Source: an uncultured Verrucomicrobiae bacterium
GTDB taxonomy: Bacteria; Verrucomicrobiota; Verrucomicrobiia; Limisphaerales; JAFGQR01
Assembly: GCA_963788655.1 (NCBI GenBank)
Contig: CAWBHS010000057.1
Coordinates: forward strand, 1-64,000
Length of the DNA: 64,000 bases
Direction of reading: 5' to 3'
Shown here: positions 1 to 12,828 of the stretch, piece after piece
Numbering within the stretch: the stretch's first letter is position 1
Layout of the letters: each line of letters opens with the position of its first letter
Notes under the pieces: model-generated
Databases searched by the model: none
Told to the model about the DNA's origin: nothing
The model's input: only the letters and a program-made list of their open reading frames with translations
Made by a program: the position numbers and the translations under genes

Positions 1-169
1 GCCAAACCTACGCCGTGGATTACAAGGTAACCTGAACGCGCCAGCGTGGACTCCGCTTTGGACCAACACCGCGTCCGGCAATACGCTTTCGTTTACCAAT
101 GCAACCCACACTGGCGCCCAGCGGTTCTTCCGCATTCGCGCTGGTTTGAGTCCGGCCGATGCGCCATGA
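1..169 (+). CDS. 3' end of a secreted protein carrying a Verrucomicrobia-type C-terminal domain (partial, one frameshift)
   Basis: Manual translation: QTYAVDYK/NLNAPAWTPLWTNTASGNTLSFTNATHTGAQRFFRIRAGLSPADAP*, TGA at 167-169. Matches the C-termini of other secreted proteins in the window. Confidence 0.6.
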   Translation, partial: PNLRRGLQGNLNAPAWTPLWTNTASGNTLSFTNATHTGAQRFFRIRAGLSPADAP

Positions 170-260
170 AGCAGCAACAGCGAACATTCTTTTCCGCCTG
201 CGCTCGCAGTCACGGAAGTCGGTCAACCTCAAGTAAACCTCAACCAATGAACCAAAACCT

Positions 261-3200
261 ATGCAAAACCCCAATGACAACCAATTCGGCCGGTCCTGGT
301 GGCGGCGCAGCCGTTCGGGATCGGGTTTGTTTCTGGCCATCGGCTTGTTCCTGCTGACGGCCCTCGGGGCGCTGGCTCAACCGACGCCGCTCGCCGACCT
401 TTCGTTTAGCGAAGGCAATGTTCTCACGACCACCAACGCCGGATCGCTGGGCGGCCTCGGCGCGTTGGTCCAACAAAGTGGTTTCCCCATCCTCGCGCCC
501 AATGCGCCGGCCGGGCTCTCAGCCCCGGCCGGAAATAGTGGCGCCATTGACTTCGGCACCATCAGCGAATCCAACGATGGTGGGCGCGCGGTGGATTTGC
601 CGGGGGCGCTCGGTGCATTCGACGGGTTCACGGTGTGTGGCTGGGTGAATTGCCGCGATCTGACCGTGGGCTATGGCGGCAATCGCATCGTCTTTGCCTT
701 GGTGGCGCCCAACGAGCTCCGGCTTCGATCTTGTCCAACTCGCCGATGGCTCGCTGCGCCTGGGAGTCAATCAGTGGCCGGACGACGGCAGCGGCGGCCC
801 GATCAGTTCCACGGGCAGAATCACCGCCGATCCCACCACCGGCGCCGCCAATTGGGTCTTCTTCGCCGTCACCTACGACGGCACCTTGGCGAACGGCCAG
901 GCGAACTTTTACTTCGGCAACGCGGACACGCCCGCGGCGCTGGACGTAACGCGCGACTACAACCGCGGCACGCTTCCCGATGCCGGCCCCCTGACCGTCG
1001 GCAACTTTGGTCCCGTCGCGACCGCGCGCAACGAAACCGGCCCGGGCGGCGGCAGCCGTTGTTTCCGGGGCTTGCTGGACGAGATCAAAGTGTTTGGTGA
1101 AGTGCTGACCCTGGAACAAATTCAAGCCGCGCAAACCAGCGCGCCGTTGCCGCCTGGGGAATTGGCTTTTGTCAGCGAACCGGTCGATGCCCAAGTGCTC
1201 GCCGGCCGCGACGCCACGTTCACCGTTTCCGTGACGGGCGGATTTCCCATCACCTATCAATGGCAGCGCGACGAGGAAGACATTCTCGACGCGACCAATG
1301 ACAGTTACACGGTGATGGCTCCCTCGGTTGCTGACGATGGCGCGCAGTTCCGCGTGCGCGTTACCAATCCGGTCAGCGAACTTGTCAGCAGCAATGCGAC
1401 GCTGTCTGTGCAAAGCGACGGCACGCCACCCACGGTGATTGCGGTCACGTCGCCAAGTGTGACGAACATTCTGGTGACCTTCTCCGAACCGGGGGGGACC
1501 GGTTCCGCGCAAGAACCAGGCAATTACCTTTTGGATGGCGGCGATCTCAACACGCTCAGCGCGGTGCAACAGGCGAATCTGGCGGACGTGCTGTTGACGA
1601 CCGATGAGATGACGCCGGCAGCGGAATACACGCTCACGATTCAATTCGTGCTCGACCGGGCCGTGCCGGTGCCGAACATGATGGTGGAAACCAACTGGAT
1701 GTTCACCGCCTACAATCCGCCGCCGCTGCCCACGCCCATTATCAGTGTCAGCCTGAATGAAGGCTCCGGCACCACCACCGCTAACGGCGGTTCAGCGGCG
1801 GCGCTCAACCTCAGCGCGCCCGTGCCGGCCTGGACCAGCCAGGCGCCGCTCGGGATTGGCGCCAGCAGCAGCGTCGATTTCGGCACGACCACCGGCAATT
1901 ACTACGTCGAGAGCCCGGCCAACTACCCCGAGTTGACGGGATTGACGCGGTTCACCATTGCCGGGTGGGTCAACAATCGCAGCAGCGTGGAAGGCGGCGG
2001 CGGCAACCGGGTCGTTACCTGGATCAACGCCGGCGGCAACGGTGTGGACCTCGTGTACAAGAACGATGGCAGTCTGCAAATGGGCATCAATCAATGGCCC
2101 GATGCCGGCGGCGGCGCCACCCAGCCCCGCAGTTCAGCCGGCCGGATCACCACCGACGCCAACGCCGGCATCGACAACTGGCGGTTCTTCGCGGTGACTT
2201 ACGACTCAATGCTGGCCAGCGAACAGGTGAAATTCTACTTCGGCAGCAACGATGACGATGCCGCGTTGGACGTGGCCCGGGATTACGCCCAGGGGGCCCT
2301 GGGCGCCAACATCAGCCGCTTGTGCATCGGCGCGTTCAACATCGCCACGCGCGGTTCGAGCACTGTACGACCGCATGTTCCGCGGCTTGATCGACGAGGT
2401 GCAAGTCTGGGGCGAAGCCCTGACGCCGGAACAGGTCGTCCTCGCGCAACGCGGCACCGGTACGGCGGTACCGGCGGGGTTTACGCTCGAGCCGGCCAGC
2501 CAGGTCATTCTACAGGGCCAACCCGTGACCTTCAGCGTGATCGTTACGGGTACGCCGCCGCTCACGATCCAATGGCAGCGTGACGAGATCGACATCGACG
2601 GCGCGACGGGGCTCGAGTACACGATCCCCGCTGTGGTTCCGGGCGACGATGGATCGGCATTCCGGGCCATCGTTTCGAACGCGCTGGGTCCCGTCGCCAG
2701 CAGCAACGCCATCCTGACCGTGGTGAACGACATCGTGCCGCCCACGGTAGTGGCCGTGAGCCCGCATGCGAACTTGACCAATCTCACCATGAGCTTCTCT
2801 GAACCCGTGGAACAGGATTCGGCGACGGATTTGTTTAACTTCCAATTGGACAACGGCGGCGTGAGTGTGCGCGGCGCGGAATTGCAGCCCGATCTCACGA
2901 ACATCGTGTTAACCACCGATCTGATGACCGCGGGCCAAACCTACACGCTGGCCATTGAAGGCGTGCGGGATCAGCGCCGTGCCGCTTCCCAACAGCATGG
3001 CGCCAACGAATTGGATGTTCACCGCCTACACGCCGCCCCCGCGCACCTTGCCGATGATCGAGGCGCGCTTCGAGGAAGGCAGCGGCAGCAGCGTGACCAA
3101 CAGCGGTTGGGCCGGCGGCATCGGTACGATCGACTTCGGCAGTTCGGTGACCACGTTGCCGGGCTTTACCAACAACGTGCCGGCGGGCCCGTATGCGCCG

Positions 3201-4078
3201 GCCGATAACAATTATTCACTCTCCTTCGGCGCCGGCAGCGGCCACAGCCAATATGCTGGCAAGGCGGTCGATTTCCCGAACGACGTCCGGGCGAACACCG
3301 TGGGGCTGGAACAGTTCACGGTCGCCGGCTGGATCAATGTCACCGACGGCACGATTGGCAACGGCGGCAACCGCATTTTCACCACCTGGCCGCAGAACGT
3401 CGATGGCATTGATGCCAATCGTCTGACCGGCGCGGAAGTGGTGGTAGCGGGCAATGGCACGCTGCGGATGAGTGTGAACCAGGCGCCGGATTATCCGACC
3501 CCACCGGGCAACATCGGACCGTCGAGTTCCAACAACCGCGTTTCCCTCAGCCCCAATGCCGATCCGGCCAATTGGGTGTTCTTTGCCGTGACGTACGACG
3601 CACCCGGCCCGATGGACAACAGCAAGTTTTATTTCGGCGATGGCCAAACCCCCGCGGCCTTGGACATCGTGTCGAACTACAACCGGGGCGCGATCGTCGA
3701 TTGCACTGCACCAGTCACGTTGACGCTGGGCAATTTCATGGCCAGCGCGCCCTTGGCCAGCACGCGCGACAGCACATCCAACTCGCGGGCTTTCCGCGGC
3801 TTGATGGACGAAATCCAATTCTTCGGCTACGCGCTGACGCTGGAGGAAATCCAGCAACTCCAAACGGCGTGCAATCGCCCGCGCTGTCCGTCGAGCTTGG
3901 AAGCCGGCCAGGCCGTGATCACATGGACGAGTTCAACGCTGTTCCAATTGCTGTACAAGATTCATTGGCGGCCGGCGACTGGACTCCGGTTGCGGAAACC
4001 CCAGACGTCGCCGGCAACCAATACACCGTGCGCATCACCGCCGGTACCGGCATGCGGTTCTTCCGTTTGCGGCAATGA
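261..4078 (+). CDS. Secreted protein with three LamG/ConA-like jelly-roll domains and Ig/Big_5-like domains (split by several frameshifts)
   Basis: Signal peptide (LFLAIGLFLLTALGALA-Q). Three LamG-like units (FT[VI]xGW[VI]N...GGNR[IV]...W.FFAVTYD...FRGL.DE), Ig motifs (YQWQRD) and PPTV.AV...[VM].FSEP motifs run across ORFs 261-1100, 673-2583, 2252-3208, 2955-4358 and 3572-4078. Ends MRFFRLRQ*. Confidence 0.8.
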
Positions 4079-4106
4079 CGCGCAACGGTGCCCGTCAGAA
4101 TTTCGG

Positions 4107-4316
4107 AGCGCGGATACCCTTATCCGCGCTTCGATCCGCTCCCGTTGTTCGACCGCGCGGCGCCAGGCGATGGAGGCGCGAAGGGTTGGATGCTTTCGCT
4201 CCGGCCGCCATTCGTTCCGCCCGCTTTACGGGCGGGGGACGCCGCAGCGCGGCATCCCCCACCAGCCGCCGCGCAGGTTTTCCGACTTGCCGTATCGCCG
4301 ATTTCCCCGTCGGCAG
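4107..4316. repeat. Cluster of REP-like palindromes in an intergenic region
   Basis: Perfect hairpin AGCGCGGATA-ccct-TATCCGCGCT (4107-4130), hairpin GGGGGACGCCGC-agc-GCGGCATCCCCC (4234-4260) and a third palindromic unit at 4271-4316. Confidence 0.6.
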
Positions 4317-4411
4317 CCGTCTGCGCGCCGGGCGCACCAGGCGAATTGGAACCTGTGATTGTCCATTGCACATTGAACGGCACTGCGGATACAAACCGCT
4401 TAGCGAAAACC

Positions 4412-6321
4412 ATGAAAACGAATAACTATTCAACCGTCTCTCGCCGCCGGCCATTTGCCGCGCTCTCACTTTGGCTCATCGCAATCGTCTGTTGGATCGC
4501 TTCGGGGGTTGCCTTTGCCGCCGAACCGAAACCGCGCCTGGTGGTCATGACCGATATTGGCGGCGACCCGGACGACCAGCAGTCGCATCGTGCGGTTTCT
4601 GCTGTACGCCTGCGATTCGAGGTGGAAGGCTTGTGTACGGGATTCGGCCACGGGCACTACAAGGTCACCCACCCGAACTGCTCCGGAAGGCGGTGGATGC
4701 ATACGGCCGGGTGCTGCCCAACTGCGGCAGCATCGGCCGGATTACCCGTCCCACGCGTTTGAGCGGCCTTGATCAAGGATGGTTCCAATGGCGACCCGAA
4801 CACCGTCGGACCGGGGCGGGACTCCTAAGCTCGACTGGATCATCCCGGGTCCTGGACCGCGACGATCCGCGGCCTGTGTGGTTCTCGATTTGGGGAGGGC
4901 CGCGCGAGTTGGCGCAAGCGCTCTGGAAGGTGCAGCAGACACGCACCGCCGACGAGCTGGCGGCGTTCAAGCACAGGATCCGCGTGGTGTCCATTAACGA
5001 CCAGGACCGCACCGCCGGATGGGTCAAGCAGCATCATCCGGACGTCTTCTGGATATTTTCCGAATGACCAGTTCCGCGGGATCTGGCAGGGAGACAACCA
5101 GGCGATGGTTTCATCCAATGGCTCGAGCAAAACGTGCGCACCGGTCACGGGCCGCTGGGCCGGCTGCTATCCCGCCAAAGCCTCGGGGAAAGCGGGCGTC
5201 AAAGAGGGCGATACCCCCTCCTTCCTGTATGTTCTGCCCAACGGCCTGAGCGACCCGGAACACCCGGACTGGGGCAACTGGGGTGGACGTTTCACGCACC
5301 GGACGCGGAACGAATTCATGCCCGCCAACGATCTTCCCGGCAGCCGGACTTGTTCTACCCGATTCAGCGCTGGCGCCCGGCGTATCAAAATGCGTTCGCA
5401 GCGCGCATGGACTGGTGCGTCCGACCGTACGACCAGGCCAATCACGATCCGGTGGCCGTGCTCAACGGCGACCCGACGCGGCGGGGGTTGGAAATCGAAA
5501 CCGATCCCCAGGCCGCACTACCAGCTCTGGCAACGGGTTCGTCCGATCCGGATGGCCAGGCGCTAAACTATCGTTGGTGGACTTATGTCGAAGCCGGCAC
5601 CTATTGGGCGGAGCCGGATATCCAAAACGCCGATCACGCCGAAGCCACCGTCGCCATTCCGGCCGATGCTTCGGGCCGAACCATCCACGTGGTTCTGGAA
5701 GTGCAGGCACCCGGTCAACCACCGCTTACGGCGTACCGTCGGGCGATGCTGAAAGTGCGCGGCGAACCGGTGCCGCCGCCACCCGATGCCTTGGCCCTCC
5801 GCGTCGCCCCGGTCAAGGCCGATCTCACCACTCCCATTCGCCGCCTCGAAGGCCCGCCCGCGCGCACGAGGCCGTGGCAATTCTATCGGGGCCTGAATCT
5901 CAACGGCCCCGCCCTCGAGATCGACGGCAATCCTTGGGCAGGCGACGAGGCGCCGAACTTCATCTGCCAGGACCGTCCGTTGAACAGTCCGCAAGTAACA
6001 TTGCTCCCGCCGACCGATGCCAGCCGCGCGAAGATGATTCACTCATTCCGCTGGAGCCAGCAACCCAGTCTGACCGTGACGGGCATGCCGGACGGCACTT
6101 ATGCGGTCTATGCCTACGTCTGGGAGGAAACCCAACCGGAGACCTTCACCGTGCGCATCAATGGAAAGGTCGTCGCGCCCCAGGTCCATTCCGGGCCGAA
6201 GGGCTATTGGCAACGATTGGGGCCGTGGACCGTCGAACCCCGTGCTGGCCGGCTATCCATTACAGCGTCCGGTGGCGCGGCCAATTTCAGCGGCCTCGAA
6301 ATCTGGCGGCGCGCCAAATAA
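4412..6321 (+). CDS. Secreted DUF1593 (nucleoside-hydrolase-like, Sde182-type) protein with a C-terminal CBM-like domain (frameshifted)
   Basis: Signal peptide, then [72 protein letters not shown] and SSDPDG..L.YRWW.Y.EAG motifs. Confidence 0.85.
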
Positions 6322-6368
6322 TTGGCCTGACCGGTTCTCCGGCCGTTCGCGAAGACAGAACAAATACC

Positions 6369-7424
6369 ATGAGTTCAGACAACTTGCGTTTTGCCATTCT
6401 GGGCACCGGTTTCTGGGCGCGATACCAGCTATCCGCCTGGCGGGAATTGCCGAGGGTCCATTGTGTCGCGCTTTACAATCGCACCCGGGCCAAGGCCGAA
6501 GCGCTGGCCAAGGAGTTCGGCGTGCCGGCGGTCTATGGCGACCCGGAGGAACTGGTTCGTTCCGAGAAGCCTGATTTCATCGACATCATCACGGACGTCG
6601 GCACGCACAGCCGGTTGGTCCACTTGGCCGCCGATCATCGCATCCCGGTCATTTGTCAAAAGCCCCTGGCGCCCACGTTGGACGAAGCGGAGCGCATGGT
6701 GGCGGCGTGTCGTCAAGCCGGCGTGCCGTTGTTCGTGCATGAGAACTGGCGCTGGCAAACGCCCCTCCGCGCATTGAAACAGGTTCTGGACGAGGGGCGC
6801 CTCGGCTGCGTTTTTCGGTCGCGCGTGACATACGCCAACAGTTTTCCCGTCTTCGACAACCAGCCGTTCCTCAAGACGCTGGAGCAGTTCATCCTCACCG
6901 ACATCGGCACCCATATCCTGGATACGACGCGGATGCTGTTCGGCGAGGCCGACACGCTCTTTTGCCGCACCGCCCGCGTGCATGGCGACATCCGTGGCGA
7001 AGACGTGGCCACGGTCATGCTCGGCATGGCTTCGGGCGCGACGGTCACGTGTGAAATGAGCTACGCCAGTCGCCTCGAACACGACCGGTTTCCGGAGACG
7101 TTCATTCACCTCGAAGCCGAGCGCGGTTCCGCCGAGCTGGGCCCGGACTACTGGCTGCGCGTGACCACGGCGGAAGGCACGATGGCGCGGAGAGTGCCCC
7201 CTCCGTTTTACCCGTGGGCCGAAGCCCGCTATGCCCTGGCCCAGGTGGCGGGAGTGGCCTGCAACGCCAATCTCCTCGGCGCGTTGCGGGGCGAACATCC
7301 GGCGGAGACCACGGGCGACGACAACCTCAAAACCCTGGAACTGGTCTTCGGCGCGTACGAATCCGCCCGAAGCGGACAAGCCGTCCGCCCTCACCAGCGA
7401 AGTTCCAACGTGACGCAATCCTGA
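6369..7424 (+). CDS. apsD: Gfo/Idh/MocA oxidoreductase, probable D-apiose dehydrogenase
   Basis: MSSDNLRFAILGTGFWA Rossmann start, VICQKPLA, HENWRW. Sits in a cluster with apnO- and apnL-like genes. Confidence 0.7.
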   Translation: MSSDNLRFAILGTGFWARYQLSAWRELPRVHCVALYNRTRAKAEALAKEFGVPAVYGDPEELVRSEKPDFIDIITDVGTHSRLVHLAADHRIPVICQKPLAPTLDEAERMVAACRQAGVPLFVHENWRWQTPLRALKQVLDEGRLGCVFRSRVTYANSFPVFDNQPFLKTLEQFILTDIGTHILDTTRMLFGEADTLFCRTARVHGDIRGEDVATVMLGMASGATVTCEMSYASRLEHDRFPETFIHLEAERGSAELGPDYWLRVTTAEGTMARRVPPPFYPWAEARYALAQVAGVACNANLLGALRGEHPAETTGDDNLKTLELVFGAYESARSGQAVRPHQRSSNVTQS

Positions 7425-7448
7425 ATCAATGAACAACCTAACCCGCTT

Positions 7449-8305
7449 ATGACGACTATTTCGCTTCTGGGTGCCGGCGGCAAAATGGGCTGCCGCATCA
7501 TCGATCACCTGAAAGACCATCCAGTGTACCGTCTGCTTTGCGTCGAAGTCGGCGAGGCGGGCCTGCAAAACCTGGTCCAACGCGGTCTGCCTCCCACCCC
7601 CATGCCAGCGGCGCTGCCGCAGGCGGACGTGGTGATCCTGGCGCTGCCGGACCGTGTGCTCGGTCGCGTGGCGCGCGAGGTGGTGCCGCAGCTCGGGTCG
7701 GGAACCCTGGTCATCACCCTGGATCCGGCGGCGGCGCACGCGGGAGAGTTTCCGATGCGTCCGGACATCAGCTATTTTGTCACGCATCCATGCCATCCCG
7801 GCGTGTTTGACTACGAGGACGACGCCGAGGCGCGGGCGGATTTTTTGGCGGCACCAAGGCGCGAATGCCCATCGTGTGCGCGCTCATGCAAGGCCCCGAG
7901 GCGCACTATGCGTTGGGCGAGAAACTGGCCCGCGAATTCTTTGCGCCAGTCACGCGCGCCCATCGCATCAGCGTCGAGCAAATGGCCTTGTTGGAGCCGG
8001 CCATGGCGGAGACGGTTGGCATCGCCTTGATCACTGCGTTGCGCGAGGCGCTGGAGGAAGTCGTCAAACGCGGCGTGCCCCGGGCGGCGGCCGAAGATTT
8101 TCTTTACGGCCACATCAAAGTGCCGCTCGGCATCGCCTTCAATCGCGTGGATTTCCCCTTCTCCGACGGGGCCAAGCTGATCGGTGAGTACGGACGTCAG
8201 CGCGTGTTGAAGAGGGACTGGAAAAGGGTGTTCGAACCGGACAGCGTGAAGGAGCAGGTCCGAGTCATTGTGTCCGGCGAATTGCCGCCCTCACCCCAAG
8301 GCTGA
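7449..8305 (+). CDS. apnO: D-apionate oxidoisomerase (one frameshift near 7845)
   Basis: ISLLGAGGKMG.R, LDPAAA.AG, YFVTHPCHP, IVCALMQGPE..Y, EQMALLEP, A.DFL.GH, FSDG motifs. Confidence 0.8.
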
Positions 8306-8308
8306 ACG

Positions 8309-9184
8309 ATGCGACTCGGGATCGGAAGCTACACGTTGACCTGGGCCGTCGGGGTGCCCGGCACTCCGCCCACTCGGCCGCTGAGCGCGTTGGACCTGAT
8401 CGAGACGGCGGCACAACTCGGCGTGCCGGTCGTTCAATTTTGCGAAAACCTGCCGTTGGTGAATCTGCCGGAGCCGGAGTTGGAACACTTCCATCAACGC
8501 GTGCGAGAACTGGGGTTGGAGGTGGAATTAGGCACCCGCGGTCTCGAACCCGAGCACCTCCGCGCTCATCTGCGCCTGGTACAACGGTTCGGAGGACGCT
8601 TTCTGCGCGTGGTCATCGACCGTCCCGGCGACGAGCCTTCGGCGGAAGAAGCGGTGGCTCGGTTGCACCTGATTCTGCCCGAGTTCGAAGCGGCCGGGGT
8701 GCGTGTGGCCCTCGAGAACCATGACCGATTTCGCAGCACGACGCTGGCGCGGATGGTCGAGCAACTGGGCCACCAGCGCGTCGGAATCTGTCTCGATACC
8801 GTGAATTCGTTCGGAGCGATGGAAGGGCCGGAAGTCGTCGTCGAGAACCTCGGCGAGTTCACGCTCTGTCTGCACGTGAAGGATTTCACCATTCGCCGCG
8901 TGAGCCACCAGATGGGCTTTGTCGTGGAAGGATGTCCGGCGGGTCGGGGCCGCCTCAATGTGCCTTGGCTGCTCGAGGCGCTAACGAAGAGTCCGCATCC
9001 GTTCAACGCGGTTCTTGAAAATTGGGTTGTGCCCGGCAATTCTGTGGAGGAAACCATCCGCCGCGAACGCGCCTGGACCGAAGAGGGCCTGCGCTATTTG
9101 CGCGGGCTGATCCGCGAGCGCGATCCATCCGTCGATGGGCCGGCTGGACGCGGGAACCGGTTGCGATGCGAGAAGTCATTATGA
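8309..9184 (+). CDS. oiaC: Xylose-isomerase-like TIM-barrel protein, probable 3-oxo-isoapionate decarboxylase
   Basis: LGIGSYT..WA.G, ELGTRG, ALENHDRF, GICLDTVNSFG..EG, LHVKDF motifs. Directly follows apnO. Confidence 0.65.
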   Translation: MRLGIGSYTLTWAVGVPGTPPTRPLSALDLIETAAQLGVPVVQFCENLPLVNLPEPELEHFHQRVRELGLEVELGTRGLEPEHLRAHLRLVQRFGGRFLRVVIDRPGDEPSAEEAVARLHLILPEFEAAGVRVALENHDRFRSTTLARMVEQLGHQRVGICLDTVNSFGAMEGPEVVVENLGEFTLCLHVKDFTIRRVSHQMGFVVEGCPAGRGRLNVPWLLEALTKSPHPFNAVLENWVVPGNSVEETIRRERAWTEEGLRYLRGLIRERDPSVDGPAGRGNRLRCEKSL

Positions 9185-10199
9185 ATCGAATGATAAAGAA
9201 ACTTCTGCGGGGCGGCTGTTTGTCGCTCGCCTTCGTCCTCACCTGGGCCGGTTGCAGCCCGTCCGGCAACTCCTCGGGCGGCAGCAGCGGCGCTCCGCAA
9301 ATGACAGTAGGCGTGGCGTTCGAGACCCTGCAAACGGAGTTCTGGGTGGCGGCGCTGGGCGCGTTCCGGGATGAACTGGGCAAACGCCATATCAAAATGA
9401 TTGAAGCCATCGCCGACGGCGACGCCAACCGCCAACTCGAACAGGTGAGGAATTTCATCACCCGCAAGGTGGACGGCATCGTCGTGGTCCCCAAAGACGC
9501 CAAGACCATCATTCCCGCCATCAAGGCGGCCAACCAGGCCAACATCCCCATCGTCTCTTCAACCGTCCGCCCGGACAAGAGCGAGCGCGCGTCCGTGACG
9601 GTGGTGGCGGACAACTACGCCATCACCAAGGCCACGGTCGAGTACATGGTCCAGCAGGCCCGGAAGACCGGCCGCAAGCACAAGGCGCATGATTCTCATC
9701 GGCGACTTGGGTGACATCAACGCCATCGGCCGGCGCGACGGTTTTGAGGACGTGGTGAAGCAACATCCCGACATCATCGACGTGGTGGCCCGTGTGCCAA
9801 CGGAATGGAACCAGGAGAAGGCCCAGGCGGGCGTGGTCAACGCGCTCCAGGCCAATCCCGACATCAGTTTCATCTTCACGTCGTCGGACTTCCTTTTCCC
9901 GTCGATCGTCTCGGCGCTCAAGGCGGCCGGCAAATACAAGAAGATCGGCGAGCCCGGCCACGTGTTGCTGGGCGGCTTCGACGGCGACGCGACGGCCTAC
10001 CAGATGTTGGTGGACGGATACCTCGACGCGACGGCGTGCAGGATGTGTATTTCGAGGCCGAGGCAGCGTGCAGGCGCTGCTGGATTTGAAGGCCGGCAAA
10101 CCGGTGGCCGAGCGATCGAAGACCCAGGCTTCGTCATTCAACAAGGCGAACCTGAAGCAAATGGCGCCGCGCATGTGGGGCGCGAAGGTGAAGCAATAG
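9181..10199 (+). CDS. Sugar ABC transporter substrate-binding lipoprotein (frameshifted)
   Basis: Lipobox LTWAGC and RbsB-like motifs (DGIVVVP, AIKAANQANIPIV, NAIGRRDGF, GGFDG). Confidence 0.85.
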
Positions 10200-10242
10200 C
10201 CGATCCGACCCGACTCGCCAACGCTTACCGCAACCCATTTGC

Positions 10243-11246
10243 ATGACCGCCGATGGCCATCACGAAACGACCGCTCCGAACCGGCGAATGGCTTCGTCCG
10301 GTTGTTGCTCTCGGAATACCTCGTTCTGGTGCCTGAGCGCGGCTTGGTTTTCTGCGTCCCTGCCGTTTACCCCCGGATTCGCCTCGCCGGAAAACCTGGG
10401 CAACATCTGTGCCAGCATGTTGCCGTTGCTGGTCGTGGCGATGGGGCAGACGCTTCGTCTTGATCATCCGGGGGGATCGATCTGTCCGTCACTTCGACCA
10501 TTGCGTCTGGCCAGCGTGGTGGGCGCGCAGGTGATGACCGGCGACACCGGTTGGCTGGCCGGAAGCCCTGGGCCGCGCCGGCGGGATCGTCGCGATGCTC
10601 GCGGTCGGCGCCGCGGTGGGCGCGTTCAACGGGGCAGCGGTCACGCGCCTCCGGATGCCGCCGTTCATTGTCACGCTCACCACGATGATGTTCGTCAGCG
10701 GCTTTGCCATCTGGCTCACGCAGTCGAAGAACATCAGCGACTGCCCACCGCCTTCATCGCTCATCGGCAGTAACAACGGCCGTGGGCTTTGCTGGTGACG
10801 CGGGACCGTCGCCGTGTCGCGCATACGTTGTTCTGAGCCGGACCCTCTATGGGCGCTGGCTTGTACGCCACCGGCCACAACGCCCGGACCGCCCTCATCT
10901 CCGGAGTGCCGGTGCGGCGGGTCACGTGCCTGGTCTATATCGTCTGCGGTCTCTGCGCGGCGGTGGCATCGGTTCTTTACACCGGCCGTCTCGAAACCGG
11001 GTCGCCGGTCATGGCCAGCGCATCCTCCTCGACGTCATCGGCGCCACCGTTATCGGCGGCACCAGTCTCTTCGGGGGGAAAGGCAAAATCCTGTGGACCA
11101 TCTTCGGCGTCCTGTTTCTGGCCTTGATCGACAACAGCCTCAACCTGCTCAACATCTCCTATTTCACCATCATGATGGTCAAGGGAGGAGTCATTCTGCT
11201 GGCGGCGGTGATGGACTCGCTCCGCAATCAACTGGTGGCGCGATGA
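10243..11246 (+). CDS. Sugar ABC transporter permease (frameshifted)
   Basis: RbsC-like motifs: [45 protein letters not shown]. Confidence 0.85.
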
Positions 11247-11295
11247 CCCTTGAGACGCTCCATCCCGCCGGACCGCGCGCTTGCAGAATCGTGTC

Positions 11296-12828
11296 ATGAG
11301 TTCTCCCAACTCCATTCTTCAGTTTGAGCGCGTGACGAAGCGCTTCTTTGGCGTCCCGGCTCTCCAGGATGTCAGCTTTGCCGTCGAACGCGGGCACACG
11401 CTCGGAATGGTGGGTGAAAACGGAGCGGGGAAATCCACGCTCATGAACATCCTGGGCGGCAATCTCCAGCCGGACGCGGGAGCAATGCAATTGAACGCGC
11501 AGCCTTACGCCCCGCGTCACCCGCCAGACGCCGCCCGGCACGGTGTGGCGTTCATTCACCAGGAGCTCAACCTGTTTGGCAATCTCAGCATCGCCGAAAA
11601 CCTGTTCCTGACCGCCTTCCCCCGGCTGGCCGGTTTGCCCGTCGTCCACCGCAAGGCGCTCCACCGGCGGGCCGCCTCGTTGCTCGAGCAGGTGGGATTG
11701 GACATTCCGCCGCAGACCCTCGTCGAGAAACTGTCCGCCGGTGAACAACAACTGGTCGAAATCGCCAAGGCCCTCGGCCTCGAGGCGCGCCTCATCATTT
11801 TCGACGAACCCACCACCTCGCTCACCAGCCCGCGAAACGGACCGGCTCTTCGCGTTGATCGACCAACTCCGGCACCGCGGGCTGTCGCTCATCTACATCT
11901 CCCACAACCTCGACGACGTGCTGCGGCTGTGCGACGACATCGTCATTCTCCGCGACGGTGAAGTGGTGGGCCGCGGTCCGCGTTCCGAATTCACGCTCGA
12001 CCGGTTGGTGTCGCTCATGGTCGGCCGCAGCATCACGCAGCTCTTTCCCCCGCGCGCCACGGTTCCCGGTCACGAACGCTTTGCTGGAAGTGCGGGGGCT
12101 CTCGCAGCCCGGATGGTCAAGGACATGAGTCTCACGCTCCATCGAAAGCGAAGTGCTGGGCTTGTCCGGCCTGATGGGCTCGGGCCGTTCCGAACTGGCG
12201 CGCATCGTGTTCGGTCTCGATCCCTTCGGGCGCGGGGAGGTCCTGTTGAAAGGCAAGCCCATCGCGCCCGCACCGCGACGCAACATCCAACGCGGCCTGG
12301 CCTTCCTGACCGAGAACCGCCGCGAAGAAGGTCTGTGTCTGGAAGCCGCCATTGCCGAGAACATCGCCCTGGTGACCCTGCCCAATCACGCCGGAAACGC
12401 CGTGGGTTGGCTCGACCGCCTGGGGCTGCGGCAGGCGGTGCATCGAATTCGTCAAGCCGTGCGGCTGACGCCGGCGTGCCCGCAATAACGCGCCCGTCAA
12501 GACCCTCAGCGGCGGCAATCAGCAAAAGGTGGTGCTGGCCAAGTGGCTGTTGGCCAAGCCTGCGGTCTTCATCCTGGACGAACCGACGCGCGGCATCGAC
12601 GTCGGCGCCAAGTCCGAGATTTACCAACTCATCAATGAACTGTCCGAGCGGGGCGCCGGCGTGCTGGTCATCTCGTCGGAGATCGAGGAACTGATCGGCC
12701 TCTGCGACCGCATCCTCGTGATGAGCCACGGAGAAATTCGCGATGAAATCCCGCGTGCCCAATTCGACCGCGAACGAATCTTGCGCGTCGGCCCTGCACG
12801 AACGCCCCTCGTCTCCGCCGCTTCGTGA
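11296..12828 (+). CDS. Sugar ABC transporter ATP-binding protein, two ABC domains (frameshifted)
   Basis: [50 protein letters not shown]. Confidence 0.9.

Noticed and set aside
4366..4405. Promoter and LacI-type operator (AAACCGCTTA) upstream of the DUF1593/apiose cluster
   Set aside because: The -10 box is weak, the palindrome is imperfect, and no regulator gene is nearby.
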